A DNA stretch of 32,000 nt from Candidatus Fokinia solitaria (GTDB lineage Bacteria > Pseudomonadota > Alphaproteobacteria > Rickettsiales > Midichloriaceae): contig NZ_CP025989.1 of assembly GCF_003072485.1 (NCBI RefSeq), positions 60,001 through 92,000 on the forward strand, read 5' to 3'. A model generated the notes under the pieces. That model was given only the letters and a program-made list of their open reading frames with translations, ran no database searches and was not told the origin of the DNA. The translations under genes were made by a program, and so were the position numbers. Shown in pieces: positions 19,383 to 27,968 of the stretch. The first letter of the stretch is position 1; each line of letters starts with the position of its first letter.

Positions 19383-20633
19383 ATGAACAATATTACCATA
19401 GCGAATAATTCTTTCATATCAATATATCGTTCGTGTTTGAAGCACGCTCTAACATTACAGGAATGTGTTACCGATATTATGTCAAAAGAATTGAAATCGT
19501 TGTATAATGGTGCGATACAAAACTTATCTAGAATATCGTACGCTATAGACATCAAAACAGATGAATCGCCTGAGCTAGATGCGGAATACATCCAGATGTT
19601 AAATAAAACAGCATTGCGCAATCAAACTCTTTATTTCTTCAAATCTGAAGCGCTGCTTGCGCATGAAAAAATGATGAGAGAACACATTGAAATTATGCAA
19701 GACATGGATGATCAATATGAGGAGATGATTCACCTTCGTACTCTTATTGCACATGGTAACGATATGCTACCGCCTATACGAGCAGAGCAAAAAGAAATGA
19801 GAAGTAATATATATGATTCAGACGATAAGATACAAACTCTAAAGATGATGAAGCCAGTGCTGTATAATGCTGCGTTATACGTGATCCATACGAAAGAAGT
19901 AGCGCCTACAGCGAAAGATTATCGTCTTTTACAGCATGATATGCTTATAGCTGAAAAACTAAATGAGATGCAAATTAAAGAGAAATATGCTGAAAAATTT
20001 ACTGATGCAGATACTTTTATAAAAGAGCACTATGGCAAAGTAGAGGAGTTGCAGGACATTATATCTCATCTTCTAGGTAAGTCCGAAGTCATGATACTTA
20101 CATATCACTCAATGCGTAAGATTCATGAAGAATTAGCAGCGGAGAATATGATGCTTCTGCAATTGAGAATAAAAGAGCAAGTTATGCGGACGCAGCTGAA
20201 AGCTATAGAAAAGGAATATTCTGATATATATGCATTTATTGTAAAAAGTATAGATCTTAAATACACTGGTATATTAGGTGAAATGCACGAACTCTCGGAA
20301 TACATGATAGATTTGCTTTTTGGTACATCTGTTAATACGACGAAAGATGCAGTGATATATAATGTATCCTCGACAGAGTACGAGCAAGCGCCTCTTTCCT
20401 TCTTATCTAAGAGAACGAATGTAGTAAATGATATGCAAGCTGAGCACATACAAGATTCTGTAAATGATACGCAAGCTAAGCACCTACAAGATTTTGTAAA
20501 TGATACACAGGATGAACAGTTATCAGATGATGTACAGAATGAATCTTTAGCAAACTCTGCAGATAACATTAGTTATGAAGAATCAGAATTTAATGATGCA
20601 TCATCTAACATTGCTATGCATAATGATCTGTAA
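19383..20633 (+). CDS. Hypothetical coiled-coil-rich protein, tandem family copy 1
   Basis: 416 aa; shares MNNITIANNSF start, TDESPELDAEYIQMLNKTALRNQTLYFFKSEALLAHEKMMREHI and C-terminal ...DASSNIAMHNDL with the next ORF; Glu/Lys/Leu-rich helical composition. Confidence 0.85.
   Translation: MNNITIANNSFISIYRSCLKHALTLQECVTDIMSKELKSLYNGAIQNLSRISYAIDIKTDESPELDAEYIQMLNKTALRNQTLYFFKSEALLAHEKMMREHIEIMQDMDDQYEEMIHLRTLIAHGNDMLPPIRAEQKEMRSNIYDSDDKIQTLKMMKPVLYNAALYVIHTKEVAPTAKDYRLLQHDMLIAEKLNEMQIKEKYAEKFTDADTFIKEHYGKVEELQDIISHLLGKSEVMILTYHSMRKIHEELAAENMMLLQLRIKEQVMRTQLKAIEKEYSDIYAFIVKSIDLKYTGILGEMHELSEYMIDLLFGTSVNTTKDAVIYNVSSTEYEQAPLSFLSKRTNVVNDMQAEHIQDSVNDTQAKHLQDFVNDTQDEQLSDDVQNESLANSADNISYEESEFNDASSNIAMHNDL
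20424..20531 (+). repeat. 36-bp tandem repeat, two full units plus degenerate third, in copy 1
   Basis: GTAAATGATATGCAAGCTGAGCACATACAAGATTCT (20424-20459), GTAAATGATACGCAAGCTAAGCACCTACAAGATTTT (20460-20495), third degenerate unit from 20496; encodes VNDxQAxHxQDx. Confidence 0.85.
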
Positions 20634-20689
20634 GAAATAGCAAAGATTCACATACGTCAATTATCGATAGCACACTTTTGCAGCTAATT

Positions 20690-20703
20690 CTTACAGCTGT
20701 AAG
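20690..20703. repeat. 14-nt perfect palindrome in spacer between copies 1 and 2
   Basis: CTTACAGCTGTAAG; the corresponding spacer after copy 2 reads CTTGCAGTTGTAGG. Confidence 0.5.
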
Positions 20704-20821
20704 GAAGTAAATTAACTTTTCCTCCAGAGGAGCGCATACATGATAATTGACGATCGATCACGCAATTTTGGTATTTGATAAAAAAATCGATCAATTAATT
20801 GAATAAATAATATATAATCCT

Positions 20822-22072
20822 ATGAATAATATTACTATAGCGAATAATTCTTTCTTATTGATGAATGATACATGTATAAGGTATAGTTTATCATTACAAG
20901 AATGTGTCACTGATATTGTGTCAAAAGAATTGGAATCGTTGTATGATGATGCAGTGCGAAACTTCTCTAGAATGTCGCGTACTATAGGTATCAAAACAGA
21001 TGAATCACCTGAGCTAAATGCGCAATACATTCAGATGTTAAATAAAACAGCGTTACGCAATCAAACTCTTTATTTCTTCAAATCTGAAGCGCTGCTTGCG
21101 CATGAAAAAATGATGAGAGAACACATTATATTAATGTATGATGTAGAGAAGCAGTATAAGGAAATTACTCATCTTCGTGCCATTGTTACGCATGGTAACG
21201 ATCTGTTACGGCATATACGAGCAGAGCAAAAAGAAATGAGAAGTAATATATATGATTCAGACGATAAGATACAAACTCTAAAGATGATGAAGCCAGTGTT
21301 GTATAATGCTGCGTTATACGTGATCCATACGAAAGAAGTAGCGCCTACAGCGAAAGATTATCGTCTTTTACAGCATGATATGCTTATAGCTGACAAGCTA
21401 TATGAGATGCAAATCAAAGAGAAATATGCTGAAAAATTTACTGATATGGATACTCTTATAAAAGAGCACTATAGCAAAGTAGAGGAGTTGCAGGACATTA
21501 TATCTCGTCTCTTAGATGATTCCGAAGTCATGATACTTACATATCACTCAATGTGTAAGATTCATGAAGAATTAGCAGCGGAGAATATGATGCTTCTGCA
21601 ATTAAAAATAGAAGAGCAAGTTATGCAGATGCAACTTGAGACAGTAGAAAAAGAGTACTCTGATGTATATGCATTTATCGTAAAGAGTGTAAATCTTCAA
21701 TATACTGGTATATTAAGTAGAATGTATGAATTGTTGCGATACATGGAAGATTTGCTTTTTGGTACGTCTATCAAAACGATAGAAGACGCAACAGTACATA
21801 ATACATCCTCGACAGAATACGAGCAAGTGCCTCCTTTCCTCTTATTTTGGGGAACGAATGTAGTAAATGATATGCAAGCTGAGCACATACAAGATTCTGT
21901 AAATGATATGCAAGCTAAGCACCTACAAGATTTTGTAAATGATACACAGGATGAACAGTTATCAGATGATGTACAGAATGAATCTTTAGCAAACTCTGCA
22001 GATAACATTAGTTATGAAGAATCAGAATTTAATGATGCATCATCTAACATTGCTATGCATAATGATCTGTAA
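20822..22072 (+). CDS. Hypothetical coiled-coil-rich protein, tandem family copy 2
   Basis: 416 aa, same length as copy 1, ungapped at a constant offset of 1439 nt in the blocks checked; near-identical central and C-terminal blocks. Confidence 0.85.
   Translation: MNNITIANNSFLLMNDTCIRYSLSLQECVTDIVSKELESLYDDAVRNFSRMSRTIGIKTDESPELNAQYIQMLNKTALRNQTLYFFKSEALLAHEKMMREHIILMYDVEKQYKEITHLRAIVTHGNDLLRHIRAEQKEMRSNIYDSDDKIQTLKMMKPVLYNAALYVIHTKEVAPTAKDYRLLQHDMLIADKLYEMQIKEKYAEKFTDMDTLIKEHYSKVEELQDIISRLLDDSEVMILTYHSMCKIHEELAAENMMLLQLKIEEQVMQMQLETVEKEYSDVYAFIVKSVNLQYTGILSRMYELLRYMEDLLFGTSIKTIEDATVHNTSSTEYEQVPPFLLFWGTNVVNDMQAEHIQDSVNDMQAKHLQDFVNDTQDEQLSDDVQNESLANSADNISYEESEFNDASSNIAMHNDL
21863..21970 (+). 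repeat. 36-bp tandem repeat in copy 2
   Basis: Same repeat as in copy 1 at offset 1439: units 21863-21898, 21899-21934, degenerate third from 21935. Confidence 0.85.
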
Positions 22073-22119
22073 GAAATAGCAAAGATTCACATACGTCAAT
22101 TATTGACAGCACACGTCTT

Positions 22120-22149
22120 CATGTCGGTACTTTAAATCGTACTGACATG
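22120..22149. repeat. Hairpin in spacer downstream of copy 2
   Basis: CATGTCGGTAC-TTTAAATC-GTACTGACATG, 11-bp stem with one G-U; recurs after copy 3. Confidence 0.65.
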
Positions 22150-22303
22150 CAGATCTGATTTTGTAGCTAATTCTTGCAGTTGTAGGGAAGTAAATTGACT
22201 TTTTCTCCAGAGGAACGCATACATGATCATTGACGATCGATCACGCAATTTTGGTATTTGATAAAAAATCGATCAATTAATTAGAGAAATAATATATAAT
22301 CCT

Positions 22304-23497
22304 ATGACTAATATTACTATAGCCAACTATTCTTTCGTATCGGTATATAATACATGCATGAAGTATAATTTGACATTACAAAAATGCGTTATCGATATCA
22401 CATCAAAAGAATTGAAATCGTTGTATAATGGCGCGACACAAAACTTGTCCATAATGTCACGTACTATAGGTATTAAAACAAATGAATCACCTGAGCTAGA
22501 CGCGGAATACATCCAGATGTTAAATAAAACAGCGTTACGCAATCAAACTCTTTATTTCCTAAAATCTGAAACTCTGCTTACGTACGAAAAAATGATGAGA
22601 GAACACATTACGTTAATGTATGATGCGGAAGATCAGTATAAGGAAATTACTCATCTTCGTACCATTGTTACGTATGGTAACGATATGCTACAGAATATAC
22701 GTGCAGAGCAAAAAGAAATGAGAAGTAATATATATAACTCAAATGATAAAATACAAACTCTAAAGATGGTGAAGCCAGTGCTCTATAATGCTGCATTATA
22801 TGCGCTTCATACGAAAAAAACAGGACCTACAGAGAGAGATTATTACTTTCTACAGCATGATGAGATCATGATGAACATACTCGAGGAAATGAAGATTAAA
22901 GAGAAATATGCTGAAAAATTTACTGATGTTAATACTCTTACAAAAGAACATTACAGTAAGGTAATGGAGTTACAAGGTATCATACATCACCTTCTAACAC
23001 TCCCTCCTATTATGATATTGATATATGATTCAATGTGTAAAATTCATGAAGAATTAGCAGTAGAGAGTATGACGCTTCTGCAATTAAAAATAAAAGAGCA
23101 AGTTATGCGGATGCAACTGACAGCTATAGAGAAGGAATATTCTGATGTGTATGCACTTACTATAAAGAGTGCAGATCTTAAGTACAATGGTATATTAGGT
23201 GACGTACATGAATTCTCAGAGCATATAGTACATCTTCTTTTGCAGCCTATTATGAATGTTAATGCGTACGGCAAAATGGCGAAGGAAGCTATAGTAGATA
23301 TGCTTTCAACAAAATCAACAGAACACGAGAAAGCGCATAATGCTTCTCTTTTAGTAAATAAGACAGATGAAGTAAACGACATGCAAACTAAACATCTGCA
23401 AAATGTCACAAATGATAGCAGTCATGACGCATTAAATTATGAAGAATCAGCACTTAATGATACGTCATCTAACGTTACTATGCATAATGAACTGTAA
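22304..23497 (+). CDS. Hypothetical coiled-coil-rich protein, tandem family copy 3 (more diverged)
   Basis: 397 aa; MTNITIANYSF start, NESPELDAEYIQMLNKTALRNQTLYFLKSETLLTYEKMMREHI, SNIYNSNDKIQTLKMVKPVLYNAALYALHTKK, C-terminal LNDTSSNVTMHNEL. Confidence 0.83.
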   Translation: MTNITIANYSFVSVYNTCMKYNLTLQKCVIDITSKELKSLYNGATQNLSIMSRTIGIKTNESPELDAEYIQMLNKTALRNQTLYFLKSETLLTYEKMMREHITLMYDAEDQYKEITHLRTIVTYGNDMLQNIRAEQKEMRSNIYNSNDKIQTLKMVKPVLYNAALYALHTKKTGPTERDYYFLQHDEIMMNILEEMKIKEKYAEKFTDVNTLTKEHYSKVMELQGIIHHLLTLPPIMILIYDSMCKIHEELAVESMTLLQLKIKEQVMRMQLTAIEKEYSDVYALTIKSADLKYNGILGDVHEFSEHIVHLLLQPIMNVNAYGKMAKEAIVDMLSTKSTEHEKAHNASLLVNKTDEVNDMQTKHLQNVTNDSSHDALNYEESALNDTSSNVTMHNEL

Positions 23498-23544
23498 GAA
23501 ATAGCAAAGATTCACATACGTCAATTATTGACAGCACACGTCTT

Positions 23545-23574
23545 CATGTCGGTACTTTAAATTGTACTGACATG
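23545..23574. repeat. Hairpin in region downstream of copy 3
   Basis: CATGTCGGTAC-TTTAAATT-GTACTGACATG, same element as at 22120-22149. Confidence 0.65.
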
Positions 23575-23880
23575 TAGATACGTTTTTTCCGTTATTTCTC
23601 CACAATTTTAAAAAGCAAATAGAGAGATACACTTACTTGTTATACCGATAATTGAAGAGGTAATGCACCGTAGCTTTCTGTGATTAGCTTCCGTCTCGCC
23701 GAATGATAGAGAAAGATGTTAAATGTGCGGTATTTCTCGATTTTTTTTTACGTATCACTTCTGCGCTTTGATACTAAGTTTGAAGCTGCGTGCTTTTGAG
23801 GAGAATGTATGAGCGAGTTTCGATAAGACTACTGTTGCTATACAAAAGTGTAATGAAATAAGTAGTAAAACTACTAAAGG

Positions 23881-23956
23881 TGGTGGAGGCAAACGGATTC
23901 GAACCGATGACCCTCTGCTTGCAAAGCAGATGCTCTACCAACTGAGCTATGCCCCC
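23881..23956 (-). tRNA. tRNA-Ala(TGC)
   Basis: Reverse complement GGGGGCATAGCTCAGTTGGTAGAGCATCTGCTTTGCAAGCAGAGGGTCATCGGTTCGAATCCGTTTGCCTCCACCA; full cloverleaf, encoded CCA. Confidence 0.97.
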
Positions 23957-23967
23957 ATTCTGCATTT

Positions 23968-24042
23968 TGGAGCAGGCGAAGGGAATCGAACCCTCGACTT
24001 CAACCTTGGCAAGGTTGCGCTCTACCACTGAGCCACGCCTGC
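23968..24042 (-). tRNA. tRNA-Gly(GCC)
   Basis: Reverse complement GCAGGCGTGGCTCAGTGGTAGAGCGCAACCTTGCCAAGGTTGAAGTCGAGGGTTCGATTCCCTTCGCCTGCTCCA. Confidence 0.97.
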
Positions 24043-24338
24043 ATCCTCACGAAATGTATAACTGAAAATATCAAAATTTACAATAAACACAATAAAAAAC
24101 TACGAGATACTGTATGCAAGGTAGTCTCCATCAGCGTGATCGATGTGGAAAAATCAGCTACAGTGTAAAAAGTATAAAAAGTGCAGTAAATCCAGTCTTA
24201 TACTAAGTGCTAATATCTTGCATAATGCTTTGATTCTATCTCGTGGAAATGCTTTTCGTTTGCTTTTGTAGATACCTTGATGTAGGCTATGTTAGTTCAT
24301 GGCATTTGTACATCTGCAAATTGTCTCATCTGTAATAT

Positions 24339-24605
24339 TTGTTTAAATTCAAAATCGTGAACGATATCCAACAAAGTGTTTACATGATTGTAGCGGAAAA
24401 GTCAGGTTTTTCCGTTGAGAAGATAAATGATGAGCTAAATCTGAAAGAAGAGATTAAGGTAGATAGCCTTACCTCTGTAGAACTCGTTATGGCATTAGAA
24501 GAGAAGTTTAGAATTGAAATCTCTGATGAAGCGATGCAAAAGGTTGAAACTGTCGGCGATATCATAAAGATAGTTGAAGCTTTAGTAGCAGAAACGAGAA
24601 AATAG
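24339..24605 (+). CDS. acpP: Acyl carrier protein
   Basis: LKEEIKVDSLTSVELVMALEEKFRIEISDEAMQKVETVGDIIKIVEALV with the phosphopantetheine DSL serine. Track start is TTG; GTG at 24357 is an equally plausible start. Confidence 0.88.
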   Translation: MFKFKIVNDIQQSVYMIVAEKSGFSVEKINDELNLKEEIKVDSLTSVELVMALEEKFRIEISDEAMQKVETVGDIIKIVEALVAETRK

Positions 24606-24644
24606 TAGTAAATAGTAGCATGTTAATTTTTTCCATATAAGTCG

Positions 24645-24995
24645 ATGCGTCATAGGATTGGTCATAGAAAATTTGGCAGAAATTGCGGTCATCGTACTGC
24701 TATGTTTAGAAATTTGCTGAAGTCTCTTATTACTCATGAGAAAATAGTTACAACCGTGGCTAAAGCTAAGGATGTGAGACCTCTAGTAGAGAAATTAGTT
24801 ACAAAATCTAGAACGGAGTCGTTACATACTAGACGATATGCGATATCTCTCTTAGGTGGTAATTGTACTGCAGTAAATAAGTTGTTTACTCTTGGTGCAA
24901 AATATACTTCGAGAAATGGCGGATATACGAGGATCGTAAAAATTGGATACAGAAAAGGAGATTCTGCACCATTAGCAGCAATTTCTTTTGTTTAA
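24645..24995 (+). CDS. rplQ: 50S ribosomal protein L17
   Basis: MRHRIGHRKFGRNCGHRTAMFRNLLKSLITHEKIVTTVAKAKDVRPLVEKLVT ... GGYTRIVKIGYRKGDSAPLAAISFV. Confidence 0.97.
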   Translation: MRHRIGHRKFGRNCGHRTAMFRNLLKSLITHEKIVTTVAKAKDVRPLVEKLVTKSRTESLHTRRYAISLLGGNCTAVNKLFTLGAKYTSRNGGYTRIVKIGYRKGDSAPLAAISFV

Positions 24996-25183
24996 TATTT
25001 CTTAGTTTGTGTGCTTTGCTGCTTTTCGCTAATAGTATGAGATAAGCAGTATTTCGTAACTTTCCGTAAGAGATTCTCGGAAAGAGCGCTTGGCGTTTTC
25101 GCTTGTTTTGCCTCCGGTAATGGAAGAGATAGAGTATGAAATTTTAGGACGTTTATCTGATTACTCTCTGTGAATTACTGGTA

Positions 25184-26449
25184 TTATCCTTTATATAGTA
25201 GAAGAGTACAGTGCGCATATATTGCATCTTCAGTAAAGATACCTGTATTCTCGGTAGTAGTCGCTTTGACTGTTATATTAGTTGACGAGGTAAGTGTTAG
25301 GAGTGCTATATTTGCCCTCATATCCTGTACATAAGGCTGTATTTGCGGCTGATCAGCAATGATTGATATATCGATATTGCCGATTTTATACCCTTTTCGC
25401 TTCATCAGAGTGACTGCATGTTGTACAAAGACTTCGGATTTGGCATTTTGCCACTTTATATCGCTATTTTGAAAATGAGTACCGATATCAGCTTCTCCTA
25501 TTGCGCCTAATATTGCATCTGTAATTGCATGTAATACTACATCTCCGTCAGAATGTGCCACAATGTTGTACATGCATTTAAACATTATTCCGCCAAGTGA
25601 AATTTGCTCATACTTCTCGGATTTTTTCAATCTATGTATATCTATGCCAGTGCCTATTTTGAAGATATTACGATTTTCATTGTGATGTTTTATACTCTCT
25701 TCTGCCATAACGTATTTTCTTGCTTTTTCTAATTGCTTTGGAAAAGTGATCTTAAAATTATTTAACTCTCCTTCTACTCTTAATATCTTGTAATTTGTTG
25801 CATGATGCTTATTAAGATAGTAAAGTAGTCCAATATCGTCTATTTTTGCTTCATTCGGTATTTCATGTAGCCTTTGATAGGCATGTTCTATTACTGGAAA
25901 TCTGAAAATTTGAGGAGTCTGTATTGTATAATATTCTTCTCTTTTGTATACGGATTCTTCTCCACTATATAGCCTAATTGCGTCAACGATTGGTAGTGTT
26001 GGCTCTATGGCATCGTATTCAGCATGAGATGACATATATTGCAGCCAATCATCTACTGATTTGTGATTGAACAAAGGCCTAACGGAATCATGTATTGCGA
26101 CTATAAGTTTATTTAAGCTCCCTCTATCTTGCTCAGCTTTATGCGTTTCCTTTATTGCATTGATAGCATTCATTACGGACAATGCTCTTGTTTCTCCGCC
26201 ACGTACTATAACAAGATCCTTTTGAGAAGCATTGCGATATCTTGCTATAAGTTGCTCATGTTGTATGAATGCTTTATCAAGTACAAGTACGATATACTCT
26301 AATGGTAGTAGCTGAAATTTTGATATAGTGTACTCGACTATATCAGTATCATGGTGCAATTTGTGAAATTGCTTTGGTATGGTACCATCTGAGAATCTTA
26401 TACCTTGTCCAGCTGCAAGTATTATTCCGATATTAAGCATCAGATGCAT
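25184..26449 (-). CDS. ispDF: Bifunctional 2-C-methyl-D-erythritol 4-phosphate cytidylyltransferase / 2,4-cyclodiphosphate synthase
   Basis: N-terminal IspD (GIILAAGQGIRFSDGTIPKQF, VAIHDSVRPL) fused to IspF (KIGTGIDIHRLK, AHSDGDVVLHAITDAILGAIGEADIGTHF, TTENTGIFTEDAIYAHCTLLL). Confidence 0.95.
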   Translation of the reverse strand: MHLMLNIGIILAAGQGIRFSDGTIPKQFHKLHHDTDIVEYTISKFQLLPLEYIVLVLDKAFIQHEQLIARYRNASQKDLVIVRGGETRALSVMNAINAIKETHKAEQDRGSLNKLIVAIHDSVRPLFNHKSVDDWLQYMSSHAEYDAIEPTLPIVDAIRLYSGEESVYKREEYYTIQTPQIFRFPVIEHAYQRLHEIPNEAKIDDIGLLYYLNKHHATNYKILRVEGELNNFKITFPKQLEKARKYVMAEESIKHHNENRNIFKIGTGIDIHRLKKSEKYEQISLGGIMFKCMYNIVAHSDGDVVLHAITDAILGAIGEADIGTHFQNSDIKWQNAKSEVFVQHAVTLMKRKGYKIGNIDISIIADQPQIQPYVQDMRANIALLTLTSSTNITVKATTTENTGIFTEDAIYAHCTLLLYKG

Positions 26450-27263
26450 AGAAATGATTTAACTCATCAAAGATAGATAAAAGCTCAATTCTTGTCATAT
26501 TTTCTGCTCTTTTACCGAGATCAATCCCTTTAGCGCAGAGAGACTGCGTGAAAGCATCATAATTATGTAGGGATTTCAGCACATTTCTTATACTTTTCCT
26601 TCTATTGTGAAATAGTATTCTTCCAAACTTCATTAAAGATTGGCAGTCGTATTTTGTATCAGCTATCGGCTCTATATATATCAAAGATGATTGTACTTTA
26701 GGTGGTGGAGAGAAGACATTAGGCTGAAGATCGAATAATACCTCTGTTTTACATAATGTGTTGATAACAAAGCTTAGAAAGTTACTGCATTTTTCCGCAT
26801 CTTCACATATCAGATCAGCTACTTCTTTCTGTATCAATATGGTAAAACTCGAGAACATATTAATAGTTTTAAGCCATTTCCAAATAAGTGCTGTAGCGAT
26901 ATTATACGGTAAATTACCTATAATAGTGATTTTACCTTCAATTTGCTGCGAGAGAACATCTCGTATTACGGCATATTCATCTACTTCAAGCGCATCGCAA
27001 TGTACTACACCTAAGTTACGATATAAAGCTGCAATTTTCTCAAGATGTGAAATGAGATTACGATCTCTTTCTAAGCATATAAGAAATTTAGGCATGCCAA
27101 CCTTCATTATAGATTGTGTCAATATTCCACACCCACCGCCTATCTCAATGACTATGTGATCTGTAATATGATTTGCATGTAATACTATTTTATCAGTGAT
27201 ATCAGAATTTGTTATGAAATGCTGTCCTAGCGCTTTTATCGGCTTATGATTAATGCTGTCCAC
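26433..27263 (-). CDS. rsmA: 16S rRNA (adenine(1518)-N(6)/adenine(1519)-N(6))-dimethyltransferase
   Basis: ALGQHFITNSDITDKIV, VIEIGGGCGILTQSIM, ITIIGNLPYNIATALIWKWL, FSPPPKVQSSLIYIEP; overlaps the ispDF start by 17 nt. Confidence 0.95.
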   Translation of the reverse strand: MDSINHKPIKALGQHFITNSDITDKIVLHANHITDHIVIEIGGGCGILTQSIMKVGMPKFLICLERDRNLISHLEKIAALYRNLGVVHCDALEVDEYAVIRDVLSQQIEGKITIIGNLPYNIATALIWKWLKTINMFSSFTILIQKEVADLICEDAEKCSNFLSFVINTLCKTEVLFDLQPNVFSPPPKVQSSLIYIEPIADTKYDCQSLMKFGRILFHNRRKSIRNVLKSLHNYDAFTQSLCAKGIDLGKRAENMTRIELLSIFDELNHFYASDA

Positions 27264-27272
27264 AGAGGTAAC

Positions 27273-27869
27273 TTAAATATGAAAGGCAGTTTTTATTTTA
27301 CTCTTATACTGTCCGAATGTTCTTGCTTTTGAAAGACCTCTATCAATCTGCTGATAGCATTCTTCTTGATTTGCCGTTTCTTTCGAAAGAGATGAGAGTA
27401 ACGTATAAAGAATTGCGCTAAGAATGAGTCTTTTAGTGTAAAAATTTATATCACTAGATGTATCACGGACTTTTCGCCATATGATATCAGCTTGACTGTA
27501 GCAAGTTGCCGTAGTGGTAATCTTATTCTCAATTCTTGTAGCGTAATTGAGTATCGGAAGTCTTTTTTCTCCTAATGATAGGTATGTGTCGCATATCGTA
27601 TATAATATAGCTCTTATATTTTCTGTTATGCTATTGGATTGCAGTGGAAAATCCTCCAAGCACTCGGTAGTTAGATACAGTTGCAAAAATTTTGTATAAC
27701 CGGAAATTGTGCTATCGGTAAAGTAAAACGCTAGCCATTTTGCATCCATTACACTCCACAGATATTCTAATATGTCTTCATTCCATCCAATTTTAGAAGA
27801 GATCTCGAAGCTTTTGTGCATTAACTCATTTCCTTCAGAACGATGTCTCTTTACAAGAAAACTGTACAT
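27273..27869 (-). CDS. COQ9 family protein (ubiquinone biosynthesis accessory)
   Basis: ADIIWRKVRDTSSDINFYTKRLILSAILYTLLS resembles the conserved COQ9 core (ADxxWxxxGDxSTDFNxYTKRxxLxxVY). ATG at 27869; track used TTG at 27878. Confidence 0.75.
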   Translation of the reverse strand: MYSFLVKRHRSEGNELMHKSFEISSKIGWNEDILEYLWSVMDAKWLAFYFTDSTISGYTKFLQLYLTTECLEDFPLQSNSITENIRAILYTICDTYLSLGEKRLPILNYATRIENKITTTATCYSQADIIWRKVRDTSSDINFYTKRLILSAILYTLLSSLSKETANQEECYQQIDRGLSKARTFGQYKSKIKTAFHI

Positions 27870-27968
27870 CTCATTCAAAAATGTTTATCATCTCGTACAC
27901 TGACGATGCGACTTGAGTTGCTTTGTTAAAGCACTTTTCGTTGCGATGAACATAAAGTAGATTTAGAA

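Noticed and set aside
20123-20569. Cys/Ser-rich 148-aa minus-strand ORF, with similar ones at 21697..22008 and 23044..23409
   Set aside because: Antisense shadow of the repeated plus-strand coding sequence; their similarity follows from the paralogy of the sense genes.
19383-23497. CRISPR-like or mobile-element interpretation of the repeated region
   Set aside because: Repeats are whole-gene tandem duplications with coding potential plus a short in-frame repeat; no spacer array, transposase or terminal inverted repeats.
23774-24028. 84-aa minus ORF across the tRNA pair
   Set aside because: Its protein (GGIAQLVEHLLCKQRVIGSNPF) is a translation of tRNA-Gly and tRNA-Ala sequence, a well-known artefact.
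25060-25084. CTTTCCG...CGGAAAG hairpin downstream of rplQ
   Set aside because: Only a 7-bp stem with an 11-nt loop and no T tract; too weak to call as a terminator.
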